Of a stretch of DNA of 64,000 nt, positions 1-14,250 are shown in pieces. The DNA is from Felis catus. Its lineage: Eukaryota. Numbering within the stretch: the first letter of the stretch is position 1; every line of letters starts with the position of its first letter. A program made the translations under genes and the position numbers. The notes under the pieces are model-generated. The model searched no databases and was not told the DNA's origin. It saw only the letters and a list, made by a program, of their open reading frames with translations. The stretch spans positions 146,260,001-146,324,000 of the forward strand of contig NC_058368.1 of NCBI RefSeq assembly GCF_018350175.1, written 5' to 3'.

Positions 1-1443
1 GAACACGCCTTTAAACCAACCAACCAAGCAACAAACAAACCCAAAAAACAAAACAAAACAAAAAACCCAAACAAGTGAATTTTCATTCTCTAAAAGCTCT
101 TTGTCGATGTTTAAACAACTACTGAGAAAGAGAAGTAGGGGCCAGTGAAGAATACGTTCGCTGTACTATAAACACAGGACAGTCATCTGTTTTTAGAGCT
201 GGAAAGGCTTTCAGGAATCTTCTAACCCAAACCCAAGGGAAATGAGACTTGCCCCAAATTTCTGTATCTATCATACTCCCACCACTTTCCCATGAGGTAA
301 ATGGAAAGGCGGAATAGCACGAAATTTCTGAGGCTGGAGTTCTATTCCTCACTCATATTTTCTCATAAGGCCTTTTGCCATTTGTGCCATAACTGTAACT
401 ATATATATTTGAGTGGAAGGAAAAAGTGGGAGTAGGAAATGTAACATGACCCATACCTACGTTATGTGGACAAGAATAATCCATAGGATGTCTTTGATGA
501 TCTTTGTCCTCTTTAAAAGGAAACTAAACATAAGAATTGAGTGTGTTTGTCTTCAATCTCAACAACTTTATTTTCTGAGAGCCAATTTCTGTAGGTTTCC
601 ATGACTGATTAAAGGATGAGAAATTTGGACGGAGCAGAAAAAGTCCCTATGGAATAGATTAGAGAGTGTTAATATGCCTAAGTAGAAAGGAAACTTCTGT
701 AGAATTAGTGATACACAACTCAGGTTTTGTAAAGTCGGCTGACCATACCAGCATCAGCTCACCAGTACCTTCCAATGACCACTTATTTCCTTGTAACTCC
801 ATTGGGTGTGATATTCAGGGTGTCTAAGATCATCTGTCATTTTGCTGGACTTCTTCACAGCCCCTCTGCTTCCTGGCTGAGTTATTTATGTAACATTATT
901 CCACATGGGAAAGCCCAGCTGTTAAAGTTTTAGAATCAGGAATAAGAACACATTTTTATTAGATCTTTCATCTTGTCTACAGTATGTTTTTCTTGGTTTA
1001 AATAATGATAACAGCATGCTAGTCCTCCACCATAACTCATTCGCTAGTACATGTCTTTGGGGGCGAGAGCTGCCCTTGCTGTACTTCTGGGGTTCCAAAA
1101 TGGGACTGATAGCAAACTAAAGGTGAAATCTGTGTGTGGGATTTGTATAATCACCTGATGAGTTTGAACTCATACACCTGGGGTAAGTACTGCAGAGGTA
1201 AAAACGATAGAACTAAGTTACACATTGGTAGGAGCAAGATGGGGATTAGAGAGAAAAAAAGGGTTTGGGGGATTAGCAAGTCTTGGTCATAGAAGAAAAG
1301 TTGTACTATTTACAAAATTAGGGAAACCCAGCAAAGAAGGAGGAGGTTGAGAAGGGAAGACAAAGCTTTGTTTGTCATATGAAGTTGCGAGTTGCTGGGA
1401 AGAGATCCAGGTGGAAGGGTCTTAGGGGGCACGATGACCTAGT

Positions 1444-1920
1444 GATGTGTCAGCTTGGTTACGCTGACCTACATCTCCTAGAATTCTTTTCCCTTTAAGG
1501 TTCCGGTTAGAATGGACCATGGGAGAGTCTTGTTGAAATGAGGAGGGCAGAGGCAAAGCAGTAGCCATTTTATTAGCTCATACATGTTGTAACAGATGTG
1601 CTGATTAACTTGTTAGCATGAAGTCACAGCTGGGTCTACAGCTACTCTTACCTTTTCCTTCAGCTTCTCTGACTCCTGTGCCAGATGTGTATTTTTTAGT
1701 TCCAAGATGAAGGTCACTGGCTTCTTTCTGCAGGATATCCACAGCACCAAGATCAGAGTAACAACTGACATGAGTTTCAGCCCATCCTAAAGCTTCTAGC
1801 CTTCCCTTCTTGACTATCTGCCCTGTGGGTTTTCAGTTCTAATATCACAAATACAGTAGCCTTACAGGGACTAAACTACTATACCTGCTCCAATTGTGTA
1901 AGGTCAGACCCTTTGTATGA
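1444..1920 (+). mobile_element. Old ERVL-type solo LTR (MLT2-like)
   Basis: Starts atgtgtcagcttggttacgct, resembling an MLT2 5' end. Family uncertain. Confidence 0.4.
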
Positions 1921-4149
1921 GTTGGCTGGCCTTTTCTGGGGTTCACAGAACTGCATGATTTGGTCTGTTTTTGTAGCCAATTTACACTATTCTTTGTCTC
2001 AGTAATATTCCTCATTCTAGTGTCCTATCAATTTCTTCACCACTTCAATCTTTAAAGTTCTTTCCCATTGACTCCATGGACTGGTCTTCTCTGACCACTC
2101 CATCTAAATCATCCTTTGTTTTCCTCAGAGTCCTTACTAGAGATTGTTTGCTTATGTAATTAATTTTTTGGTTAGCTGGTCTTCATTACAATCTAGGTTC
2201 CATGATAGATGTATCTGTCTTGTTCCATACTGGATAACCCTGACCCTAGCACTGTGGCTGGCACACAGCCAGTTCTCCAAGAATTGTTTTAGGAATAGAA
2301 AGGGCGATATGGAAGACCTTACTTTGTAGGGTAGGAATGTCAAAGGGATTAATTTTCTATTCCTTGGGGACATACAGATCATCCTGAGTTCCACCCCTAT
2401 TTCTTTTCTTCATGCAAGGTTGAACTCACTGCCTAGGGATTCAGGAACCATCTCAGTAGTTCCTACATCCAATTTCTAAGTGTTAATAGATTCAATTACA
2501 CTTCTTTGAAAAGATGCTTGTGATAGTTAATACTTCAACTAGTATTGGAACTGCCAGTAGTATGAATGCAATTTTACATTGTGGGTTTAGAATTAAGTCA
2601 CTGTATGTTTTTTGGCCTTGATTCACTTAGGGCTAAGAATGTGACCCTATATTGTGTTCTATAGCTCTCTCAATTTCATATTGCAGACTTCTTAAACATT
2701 ATTTTACAAGTCAAAGAACTCTCATTAGTTTTCAAGATTTAATAAAGGTTCAATTTGTGAATAACACATTGATTAAAAAAGCAAGCCAACTTTATTAAAT
2801 AATATCAAAAGAAAAATGCTATCTTGTGTTTTTTGGGAATCTAAATGAAATATTATTGAGATTACTCTATCTTTATAATTTTCAATTTCCAAGGTCAAAT
2901 ATTTTTAGTGTTACCCTGAGCCTGCAGGTCACTTTTCTTTAACACTTCAATACTGGAAATAATTCTTCTTCAATGCTGGCCTTCTTGAAATCCTTCATGC
3001 CATAATGATTTCTTATTTCTTTTTAAACAGTATCCTTGCACATTTTTTCCAACATTTAGTCTAGACGTACTACTTGATCAAAAAGGTTGAAGTGACTCAT
3101 AAATTACATGTTTTGGCAATTTGGCTACAAACCTTCAGTCACTATGCATTTGCTCGTAGGTTACTTCCCATATCAAATAAAGCTCAACCAGTAGTGGTGT
3201 CTGGGTATTTTGCAGTTCTCAAATGGTCTCATCCTCCACATAATATATGTGATTTACCCTTATTCCCAATATTTATGCTCCCCCCCCAATAAATCTGTTA
3301 TGGTTAAGGATATTAAGACAAACCCTCTGAATTGAAAACAGATTTTGCTTTCCCATTGTTAAATTCAATGGTCTCAAAGCCATTGTGAATAGTTTTGTCC
3401 TGAGTTAGAAATCAGAAATTTAGTGATTTTTCTCTATAAAGTCTCAGATCAACTGGTAGTTGTGATTAAGCAGTGAGGGAGGTTAATATATATTGTTGGA
3501 ACTAACTTAAGATACTGTTTTTCTATTCCTATCTAAATGCTTGTTGAGTTAAAAGTTCAACTAAAAAATATAGTTGCACCAATTCATTTGGTTAAGCAAA
3601 TCCTTTCTAGTTATAGGTATAATAAGTTTATCTGTGTGAATTTGGTGCTGGGAAGATAACAGAAAGTCCATGCCACGCAAAGCAAGGCACATAGTACATA
3701 TAAGCTTTTTTGTATTTCTCAATAAATGGTATAAATTGGCTGAATAATTGACTCTGATGGACATTGCTCACAGGTAGATTTTGGACCAAATGTTTGGGTA
3801 TCTGAAGGCTCATAGTGGAGGACAAAGTTGAAAGTAATTGTCAACAATCTGTCACTCTCATTCAGAATCCAATTACTCCCATATCTGGGGGGAATTAATG
3901 ACTTCATATCTAAAGAGAGTAAATTTAGGCTCTTGAAAGTTCACTCAGAGAAACAGCAATAGAACAGCTTTAAGATGCAAAAAAACATAAAAACTTCTCC
4001 AAAAGAATCTTGACCAGCGATTAATTAAAATGCAGGAAAAATGAACAGAAACATTTGTCTATTCCCATCTCACTCAGAAGGTGCCAATTTCAATCATTTA
4101 ACCTCTAAAGAAACTGTTCTCACCCATCTGACAGTAAGACAAAATTGGG

Positions 4150-7100
4150 AGGCTGAGAGTTCATTTTGATTTTTATTACATACCACAGACATATTCACTA
4201 ACCAGAGTAGGATGATTCTGTTCTCTTAAAATCACAGGAAATATTATTTCCACCTCCCCCCTTTTTCCTGATATTGGAGCTGCATTTCAGATTATTTTGG
4301 GATTACTTTAGGGTAAAGTAAAAGAAATCATGGAAGGCAGTGTATAAATGACATTATTATGAAGCTAGTAGTAACTTGCTGATGGAGACTAACAAGGCTG
4401 TATAAACAATGCTGGTATTACTCAGTTGCTTATATTTTGAACATCTACCCTTTACCGGATATGTGTGAAAAGTGGTCCCTAAGAATCTTCCATTCTTTGC
4501 AGCTTCCTATGGTCCAGGAAGTTCCCCAAAGGCTTCGAAAAGAGTACAAGTTCTTGCTTATTAGAAATCTTTTCTGTGCACCTGGGAAATGTAGACGGTA
4601 AAACCACTTCTGCTTCTTAGAATCGCGGCTGCTTTGGGCATCGATGGAGTATGAGCCACTAAGAGTTCCTAAAATTATTTGCCCTGACTAGTGTTACCTT
4701 GGCTTTATATACTATGCAGGAGAGTCTCTGGAGAGTATAGTATTGTATTCCTGGTCCAAATTAAGGCTGGCATGGATGTATTTAACCTTGTTTACACATA
4801 CACCAAAGGAAGAACTTTTTTTTTTTGAAGGTTTTTTGTCAGGTAGGAGGGAAAATACATGTAACTAATTTTGAGGTAGGTAACAGACAGAAGTGAGAAA
4901 AAAAATAGAAGACGCCCTAGGATCTAACCTCTGTCCACCTTTTTAGGCTTATGTCTTAATACGCCTCATGTGGCACAACAAGCTAGGGACTTAGAGTCCA
5001 TAAATATACCACTGGTGCTTTTGCATACTGCTCTTCATTCAGTGTAAGCACTGCTTCTCGGGAAGGAAATTCTTACCTCTACGGTGTCACCCTTATTTTC
5101 TCCTAGAATCCTGGCATTATCTGTTATAAATGCTATCACATTGCACTTTTGTATAAATAATCTCTCCCATCCACTGCATTAGGAACTATCAGAAGGCAGA
5201 AATTGTGTACCGGTTTTTCTGTCTTCAGTGATAATGTACTGTATGCACTCCATAAATGCTTCTTGAAAGAATGGTGATACATTCTATTTACAAGTGCTAG
5301 GTTTTTCCCAGAAAACTAGGCAGAGACCTGTTCGTTTCTCACTTTGTATACCTGGAGAAGTCACTTCATTCTGACCTCTGTCCTAAGATAAAACTAATGT
5401 GCATATTATCACGATAAAGGAACCTGTTACAAATTATGTATTGCTATTATCCCCAGTGTGAAAGGGCTAATTTTTTAATTTGAACACGGAGAGTGGCACA
5501 GTTGGACATTAACAAGACACTGGACTTGAATCCAAATTTTTTTAAGTCACAGAGGGAATTCAGTTGACTAAGTGTCCTTTTAATTGGCCATCTTTTAAGA
5601 CTGCTTGGAACGAAGTCCTCCTGACATGGGCATAACTGAGGCCAATCAGGAACTTAGTATCAGCACAGAACAGTTTCCACGAGAGATGGAATCAAGATTC
5701 TAGAGCCAGGAAGTAGGTTAGGGAGAGTATTCAAGCCTTGCAACACATGGTGCCCACCATCCCATCCAGCTCCGTAGTAAGACCACGTGACAGAGGCAGC
5801 CACCTGATGCAAAATTGATCCTTAATCCTCTTCTGCATCCGACCACCCCACCAAGACCACAATGGGAATATCTGAATACTAAGTGGACCTAAAACTACCT
5901 ACATTGCCCTTTGGGCTAGAGAACAGGATTGTGGTAACTCTTTGAAAAAAATACATTAAGGAAAGTGCTAATTGCTTTTCTTTACAGAATCCTGTATGTC
6001 CCTAACGTCCCAAAGAGTCACAATGTCTGGGGTCAGAAATGAGCTGCCTCCCACTCTGTTAAGCATATACACACAGCACCAAGTTTTATATGCTACCACA
6101 CATTTTTCAAAGAAATTATTTCTTCCTCCACTTTCCACCTACCTCCTCCGAAATGTCAAAATTTCAGAAATGTCTTAGAACTGATTATCTAGAATATTCT
6201 TCCTTTTATTCATACCACTCATATTGGATTTGGATTTGTGTTAGCACATAAAAAAATCAGTTGACATAGCTTTTTGGAAAGTCTAGCTTGCAGCAGAGTT
6301 GGACAACAGATGGCCACTCAGAAACCAGCCTCAGAAAGGTGACATGCTCTGCATGTATATACTGATAAGAGTCCTATTTTTAGGACACCCGGAAAATTCT
6401 TGACCTAGTGCAAAGCCCAGGAGAAAGACAGTTCAGAGTACACACAATGACCATAGCCTGATTCCTGGTCTAAAGCAAAATAGACAATTTTTTACCAGTT
6501 ACTTAGGCCAAAATTGTAAAATAAATATATAGACAGCCTACAGCAGCTTTTATCTTTTGCAAAAAAAGCAGGCAATACATCACAAGCTTTTCTTACATGT
6601 TTCCTAGAATTCTTTTCAAGTACTTTAAAGTGGTCTTTAAAAAAGATGGCTTTCAATTCCATACTTTGTTTCTGCAGAAAGAGCTAGTGGCAGACTCATT
6701 TTCAAATAATTCTAAATAACTTTCTTTTCTTAAAAAGAGAAAAGGAATTAATATCTAAGGATAATATCTAATTAGTACTACCTATGATGGGCAATTTTTA
6801 GCTAAGATATTTAAGTTCCCCTAGCTTTGAAATTCTAACAGAATTTCAGTTAAACCTTTAAAAAAAAAAAAAAAGGAACCTATGACCTTTTAATAACTGC
6901 TCTACTGCAAAATTTATGTCATATTCCAAATGTTTCTCTTGTTTTGATGCAGGTTATTGAAGGTCTTTATTATCAAAACTCAAAGACACTTATGCCAAGG
7001 TATACAGACAAGCAGATTTGAAAACTGTTTACCATCGCCTACTGAGTTAGACAGCAGATTCCAGTTCAAGATGACACACAAAAAGTAAACTAGATTTAAA

Positions 7101-7976
7101 GTGCTGTATTTAAAAACAAAAAAATTCAGTTTGCATTTTGGGGCAATTAAAACTGGAGACCTGACACTAAAAAGAAAGACACATACAGGATTATTATTCT
7201 GAATTGTTCTATTTTGCTCTTTTCACTCTAAGAATGTAGTCTTATTCATAGAATGACAGCTGGTCAATTTATTCGTAAGATATTTATCCATACTTATCTA
7301 GAGTTTTCAGAGGCTACTGGACCAGTCATCTATTCTAAACTTTTATGTTACATATGGACATTTTCTCAATATTACTCTTAAGTCACATCTCATTTACCTT
7401 AAGAACCACACAGGCTTGTTTTAAATAGTTGAAATGCCTGTAGTACACTATACAGTTTGCTTAGATGTACTCTGTTAATGGTCTGGTGTGGCCACAGGAA
7501 AAGCAAGCATTATTAAATATGAATGCAATCCTTACCAACACAAATTGAACTTTTTTTCCCCCAGTAAAAAAGCTAGCCCAGAAAAATGTCTCATTCTATA
7601 AAGATTAATCATTTCCAAATCACAGTGAAAGGAAGTGGAGTAATTTACCAATTTTGTTTTCTATTCTATGTCTTAAGAGATACCTCACTAAAAACTGGTA
7701 TCCGACATAACAGAATAACATTTGCAGAATGTAATGTTGTAGTGAGAGTACAGAGGCTGATTGTTACAGACATATTAAACTCTGCGTATTAAATGGTTAC
7801 ATCCTATTTACATAGAACATTGGTCCAATAACAAAAATAGATAACAGCAGCTGGAAATTTATCTCATTCAATGTTCAGAGATAAAAGGGTTAACCATTCT
7901 TTCCATTATTTTCTATAGATAAGTCATTTTTTCATACTGTAATCCGATGGCAATTAAATTCTGATATTTTTCCGAG
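4150..7976 (-). other. TMEM167A: Probable long 3' UTR of TMEM167A (distal end uncertain)
   Basis: AT-rich, SINE-free sequence downstream of the stop, with several minus-strand AATAAA hexamers. The end point is inferred. Confidence 0.5.
4172..4177 (-). terminator. Candidate poly(A) signal of TMEM167A
   Basis: Minus strand tgt-AATAAA with an overlapping UGUA and a downstream U/GU-rich tract (ttttgtctt). Alternatives at 7268-7273, 6966-6971, 6205-6210 and 2791-2796. Confidence 0.35.
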
Positions 7977-8047
7977 CTACTGTATGAAGAGAATGCTGAA
8001 AGCCATCACTATACAGCATACTGCAACGTAAGGACTCTTCCGTTCAC
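7977..8047 (-). CDS. TMEM167A: TMEM167A last coding exon (71 nt to TAG)
   Basis: ctaacag|GTGAACGG...CAGTAG. Encodes (G)ERKSPYVAVCCIVMAFSILFIQ*. Total CDS 3+110+35+71=219 nt, i.e. 72 aa plus stop. Confidence 0.97.
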
Positions 8048-8554
8048 CTGTTAGAGAAAAGGGAGATATTCATGTTGATTCACTGAGTGGTTAACATGGA
8101 TATGATAAGGTTATTACTTATTATGGGAGAGGGATATAGAAGAATCAAGATAAAGTTCTTGCCTAGAAGGCCCACACATTTGGGGGGATGGCCAAAACAA
8201 GAACTAGATACAACATAAAAGCAGTACAACACAGAATGAGCTAAATTACACGGATTTATTTCTAAGACCACCTCCTTTTCATGTGTTTAGAAAACCCTTA
8301 ATGCACCATTCCTATGCCACTGCATAAACCCAGATATTGAAAAAATACAACACAGAATGTAGGACAGAGATTCAAGAGAAACTATCTCAAACAACTCAAT
8401 TAAGGCCAAAAAAATCGCTTTTTTCCTTTAAAAAAGGAAATTTCTACCTATGAAAAGAAATTTGACATACAATTTTCAGCTATATATTTTTTTCTTGATT
8501 GGTCGCAATTTAAATACGAGAGTGATCAATAAAACTTCATGTAAGAAAGCAGAC

Positions 8555-8765
8555 ATAAAATACAAACCAAGAAAGACTTATCGACAGAGAACTGATGATT
8601 GAGGGGAAGTGAGCAGGGAATGGGTGAAATAGGTGATGGAGATTAAGGAGGGCACCTGTGATGAGCATTGGGTGGCATATGGAAGTGCTGAATCATCATA
8701 CTGTTATACCTGAAACTACTATTACACTGTATGTCAACTGGAATTTAAATAAAAACTTTAAAAAG
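8555..8765 (+). mobile_element. 5'-truncated carnivore L1 3' end
   Basis: gggtgaaataggtgatggagattaaggagggcacctgtgatgagcattgggtg...cctgaaactactattacactgtatgtcaactggaatttaaataaaaa. Confidence 0.8.
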
Positions 8766-10940
8766 AAAGGGTATAAAATGCTTCATAAAGAAACATTTTA
8801 GAAAAAACTATTTCTGACCTGGATTTCATATGAAATGATTTATAGTGTAGCTCTTGGGTTAGGAATGTAGAACTTAAAACAACCACTTTTATAGGAGTCA
8901 ATTCTCACATGTGTTTAAAAAGTGTTTGTATTTGGAGAACTTCCCTCCCATGAAGCAGAATGGAGGTGGCTTGTGAAACTGTCTTGCAAACAGATTAGAG
9001 ATTCTGTGATTGAGTTATCCCAACGTCATCTTGTTCTTTTCCTGTTTGTTCATTAATTGAATGGCTGTACAGTTCCACAAAGCCCCAGACATTTCTGCTG
9101 CTCTGAGGGTGTGAAAGAAAGGAAGAAGGAAGAGGGAGTGCCATGCTATTTCTAGAAATAATCATGGCATATACCTGGTGTCCTGTAGTAGAGATTGTGT
9201 ATGCTCCCCTCACTTGTGCTTTTCTATGGTGTTTAAAATCAGCTCCCTCCCAGTAACTAAGTTCCTTCGGTGACAAACCATTTCATTTGGTAAGTTAACT
9301 ACCTCTGGCAAATGCCAATCTTGACCATTCTCATCAACTAAAATCCTCAAGATCATTTTCATTTTCAGAGCTTCCTCAAAGAGCTCACAGTCATATTGTT
9401 ACTAACTTTATATCTTTGTGTCTGCTCAATGACAGTGTTCATAGAAGATATTACACACATACAAATAAAAGAAACATTTGGTGTTTTTCTATCCAGAGAC
9501 ATTTAGGGGACTGCTTTCGAGCTAAAGGAAATTCTAAAAAGTGAGACAACAGCATTTTCACAATGCCACTATCTCAATTGGAAAAAAAAAAAAATCTTTT
9601 AAAACTAAAAAATAACTTGGGACATCATTTTTAAACAATGTTAATTCTTTTGAGGCAACACCCAAATTATCAAACAAAACCAAACTATTCAGACATAGTT
9701 TTCAAGTGGATTTCATAAGCAAGCCAGTCACTCTAGTTAGGGCTAGATAATCTCATTGTCTAATATAGTCTTATTAAACACCTAAAAGAAGAAATTAAAT
9801 TGCCCTGAATTTTCCATCTGCTGGAGATTAATTTTTGAGGAAGTTCTTCTCTTCCTCATCTTCCAACTCAGAATGCTATAATTTACATATGGGTTTCATT
9901 TTCCTGTTTTTAATTTTCTTAAAAGAGATTGCCATGTGGTAGAGCTAAACATCTTTGGTTGAACTTGTGTAAGAATGTTACTTCTCGTCTGGTCTTAGGT
10001 CTGTCTAAGTGAATGTGAAACAGTTGCCGTAACGTGATGTGTAACATGATAAGATGATTTGGCTTGGGCCTTTTCCCATTAAAACTGCATCCTTTCTTGG
10101 TGGATATATTCTGTGTCAAGATAAGAGAGGAGTATACCAGCATTAACATTTTCTGAGCCATTTTGCCAAAATGAAAAGCTAATGCTTACGCATAAGTGGC
10201 AAGAATGTATAGTTTAACTGAACCATTTAACCTATGGCATTCATACTGTTAAGAGAAACAATAAAGACAATAACTGACCAAGCAAAAAGAAAAGGCAGTT
10301 TATAATCAGACAATAACAATGGATGATACTGAAGGCAATCATTACGAAAGCTACAAACTAAACGCCTTATATTTTCAGTTATACTTCGAAGTAACCATTG
10401 TGAAAAGTGTCACCTGGGCTGGCTACTGAATGAAGCTGTACAGACTTCTCTAATTTATTATATAAAATGGATTTAAAATACCTTGATACTTAATTTAATA
10501 CCTTAAGGAACTTTTATTTGTGACTTAGCAACTTCATCCTATTGAGGTGAAAGCTCTGCCCCCTCACTGCAGACTTTTTATTTTTACCAATGAACTTTCA
10601 GTATTACTTTGACACAGAGACTATAACTCTATTAGGACAGTTTTGTTCGTCCATTATGTTCTCTGTACGCAGTTTCCTTGAGGGTTTCTCTCGACTCTGT
10701 CCTTGACAATATTGTTTCTTTTTCTGGGTAACTTGGCTTTGAAACTACATTAATTTGCATATATTTACACTTGCTACTCTCTATCAATCAGCATTAGCCA
10801 TCAAGGGTGCTCTTCTCTTTATCTCTCCCTTTGTTATTTTTCAAGTGATTAAGATTTCGACTGGTATTTCAGGCTTTGTGCTGTTGAGTAGCACTAGATG
10901 TCAGGTAAGGCTGCACCACAAATCTCTGCAAATCTAGGTT

Positions 10941-11112
10941 GGGCCCTCTCAACTCTGGTACTACTGACATTTTGGGCTAATTCTCTACGAGGGGCTGCTC
11001 AGTGCATTGTAGGATATGTAGCAATATCAATGACCTATACTCAGTATACGTTCCTCCCCCATCTAGTTATGACAATCAAAAATGTCTTGGGGGGGGGTGG
11101 GTTTAAATGTCC
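10941..11112. mobile_element. MER20-like hAT-Charlie element, opposite orientation to the 57.8 kb copy
   Basis: ctactgacattttgggc...gtgcattgtaggat...gacaatcaaaaatgtct is reverse-complementary to parts of 57776-57988. Confidence 0.7.
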
Positions 11113-12767
11113 TGATGACTACTTAGCTAGGCTTTATCTGTGCTTTACCTCTCTGAAGTCAATTTTCTTCCTATAAAAGAAGAATTCTCATGTCTATCAC
11201 CCTAAGAGATAATAAAGTATGACAAAGAACACTGAGGACAGTTTAACATGTTAAAAGCACAGTGAATTCTCAAAAAGACGCCTGCTTCAGTAGTCAATAC
11301 ATTAGAATGAGGGCCTTGAAGGAAGTAGTTTTAGGTGCCTCTATACACTACTGTCATTTTCTGACAAGAAATCTAGCTAAGGAATCTTATAATCTCATCA
11401 TAGCAGATTTTAAAAGGATTTCTATATAATTTAGTAGGATGCTTACAGGTTCTCCTGTTAATGGTTCTTGCCTATCACTAAAAGCTCAAGGGAAGAAAAC
11501 TTGCTCTCTCATATTTATTTATTTCAGTGGCTAACAACATATGAATCTTAGAAGATGCTAAAGAATTAGAAACTCTCATAATTAATTTTTAGTCCTTAGT
11601 TGAGACTAGGTTATACCTATAATATCTTCAGATATATTACACCCATTCTCAGGTATTCTTTAGAAAAATGTCTAGAGATTATAAGAACTTAGTTTGTAGT
11701 TTTGCAATCTTTAATCAATTTTGTTTCCTGTTATGAACCATCTTTTAAATTTTCCACATTTCTGAGAAGTGAATCCAAAATAAAACCTAATACTCTAAAT
11801 AGAACACACATTATCTAAGGGACATGACTCCTAATTTTTCTCTATTCAAAGTGACTCGTTGGGGTAATTCAGGCTGTTGTCAGGTTGGCTAACTAGAGTA
11901 AATGTCAAATGTAGGAAAATTTGTCTTTGAAGTCTCATAACTTTATAAAAGAAAAAAGTAGTGATATACAAATTAAATATTGGGAAAATATTAAAATCAA
12001 CCTTTTTTTTTTGAGGGGGTCATGTAAATAATTCCAAGGTGGAGAAGAAATATTCATTTTCAGTCCAAGTGGAACAAGTACAAATGCTCTGAAGTGTTTT
12101 GGAACCAGCGATGTGAAAAAGGGTATACTCTATTATTCAGGAATACTGGTAAACTGTATCAGTAAAATACATTTTAATTCATTCACTTGCCAATCATTTG
12201 AGAGTCTACTATGAGCTAGGCACTGTGCTAAATGTCATATACACACAGGGATGAAACAAGGGTATATTACTATCTAAACATAAACACAAAAACACCACAA
12301 ATTTTATTATGAAAAGTTAGAAGATAATCACATTTAACTTTAATCAGAACAACTCAGCTATGATCACATGAATTTGACAGGTGAAACAGTTATTGCTTTC
12401 TAAAAACAACATTCTAGGACTTAGCATAAGGCAGTAAAATGATTATGTTTAGACAGTTGGTTAGCAAGCCTTTCATTAGATGGGAAATTCATCCTTAGTG
12501 ACCAAAACAGTACAAATTATACAGAGCAGCATATTGTACACTATATGCATGTGTGCATAAAACTATAAATGTTTCTCTGACATCCCCTCAACAACAGCAA
12601 AGCATAGTATTTGATATCTGAATTAAGATTTTTTCTTGTATTTTCCATTTCCCTGTGTATGAAGTATTATGAGGTATCCACCATGTCCAGTTTTACCACA
12701 AGAAAAAGTTTGGTAGAACTCTATAAACTTACAGCTGATGATGTGGAAGTTATAGAAGGACACTTAC

Positions 12768-12802
12768 CAATTCTGGCGCACTTCCAAAATATACCCAACA
12801 AT
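12768..12802 (-). CDS. TMEM167A: TMEM167A coding exon 3 (35 nt)
   Basis: atgcag|ATTGTTG...AGAATTG|gtaagt. Phases match the neighbouring exons. Encodes (G)LLGIFWKCARI(G). Confidence 0.97.
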
Positions 12803-14089
12803 CTGCATAGAGTAAAAAAAGGAAAGAGTAGCTATTGTTTAGTGGGAAAAGTAAATCATTCTCTCAGTATCATATAGAGAATTCATTATACACTGGCATT
12901 TTCTCTTTTGATACTTTGCTTCAAAAACTGAAATTTATTTGATATTGAGCCACCATCTTTGTAGGAAAGGAGGCCACATGAACTTATCAACTGTTAGTGT
13001 ACGTAAATTGTCATAAACTGGGATATACGCAGTATCCTAGGTTAAACACACAGTAAATTAATATGACTGGCAAAAATTTGCACAGGGTTTTTTTGTAGAA
13101 TTAATTCAGTCAACTTCAGTTGCTTTACTTTTAAAAGTAGAAAATACATATGCCAATTTGCATAAACATTAATTTTGAAAAAATGGTAAACGAACATTTG
13201 GTTGGTTTGGTAGGATTTTGACATTTAAAAATAAAACTCTCACACTAAAGAAATTACTTTTTACAGAATGTAGTTCTATATTTAAATACTTTATAGCCAT
13301 GAACTCCAATGATAGCATTTGCATAGCTATGTCATTCAGTAAGAGAGAATATAAAAATATGTAGCTATGTTTTCTTTTTTCTTTTTTTTTTTTTTTTTTT
13401 TGTAGCTATGTTTTCAGTATTAGTACAAAATCCTAGTTTGGGAACACTATATGAGTTAAATATGGCAATTAAAATACATACATTCTGGAAATAAGAATTA
13501 CAATGAAAATGTTCATTTCAATTCTATGAATGAATATACTGTGAGTTGAATACAAATTATGTGTATTTCACTTCTTTGGCATGTATAAAAAGTACTGCCT
13601 TTAAAAGAAAAGCAACTGAATCATTCAATGAATAGAGGTAGCTAAAAGATATAAAACACTGTAGGCAACTATTTTGTTGTTTTGACGAAAGAACAGAATT
13701 ACAAATGGTATTATACATTGCTAAAAGTCAAGACAGATTAGCAGTACTTATTGCAGTGGGTTAGGACAGGTGTAACAATATCAAAATACTTAAATTTCAG
13801 GTAAATTGATATACTTTTTGCCAAAAGAGATGGCTGGCTGATGAATTATTGTATCTGAGTGGTTAAGACTGAAAGAAAATACTGCTTCAAGTAAGTTCTA
13901 TATGTATTCCTCCTCTGAAGTGTAACTTCCTGACCTCAAAGCAAAATGTCTCTTAGTTCAGATGATACGAAATGGGCAAACATGTTTATTTTGAAGGATG
14001 GATATTCTGACAGGTGAAGCAACTTTCCTATAGGAATAAAAGGACAAAAATCAAACATATTCTTGGAAATAATGTAGGATAATATAAGG

Positions 14090-14250
14090 GTCAGATTGTG
14101 CTTAAGTTTAATTCTACTTAATTGTTGCATTAACTCTGAACAAGTTATTTTCTCTTTAATAACACTCACCCTCATAGGATTGTTATAAGGATTAAATGAG
14201 TTATTACACAGAAACTCTTCAGAGTAATGACTAACATGTTCTGTGTTCAG
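14090..14250. mobile_element. MIR fragment
   Basis: cctcataggattgttataaggattaaatgagttatt, a typical MIR core/3' motif. Confidence 0.6.

Noticed and set aside
15..73. (AAAC)n tract sharing ~28 nt with 40300-40365
   Set aside because: Low-complexity A-rich microsatellites, so the similarity is expected by chance.
3561..3907. Three overlapping minus-strand ORFs downstream of TMEM167A
   Set aside because: No recognisable homology or exon structure; consistent with random ORFs in UTR or flank.
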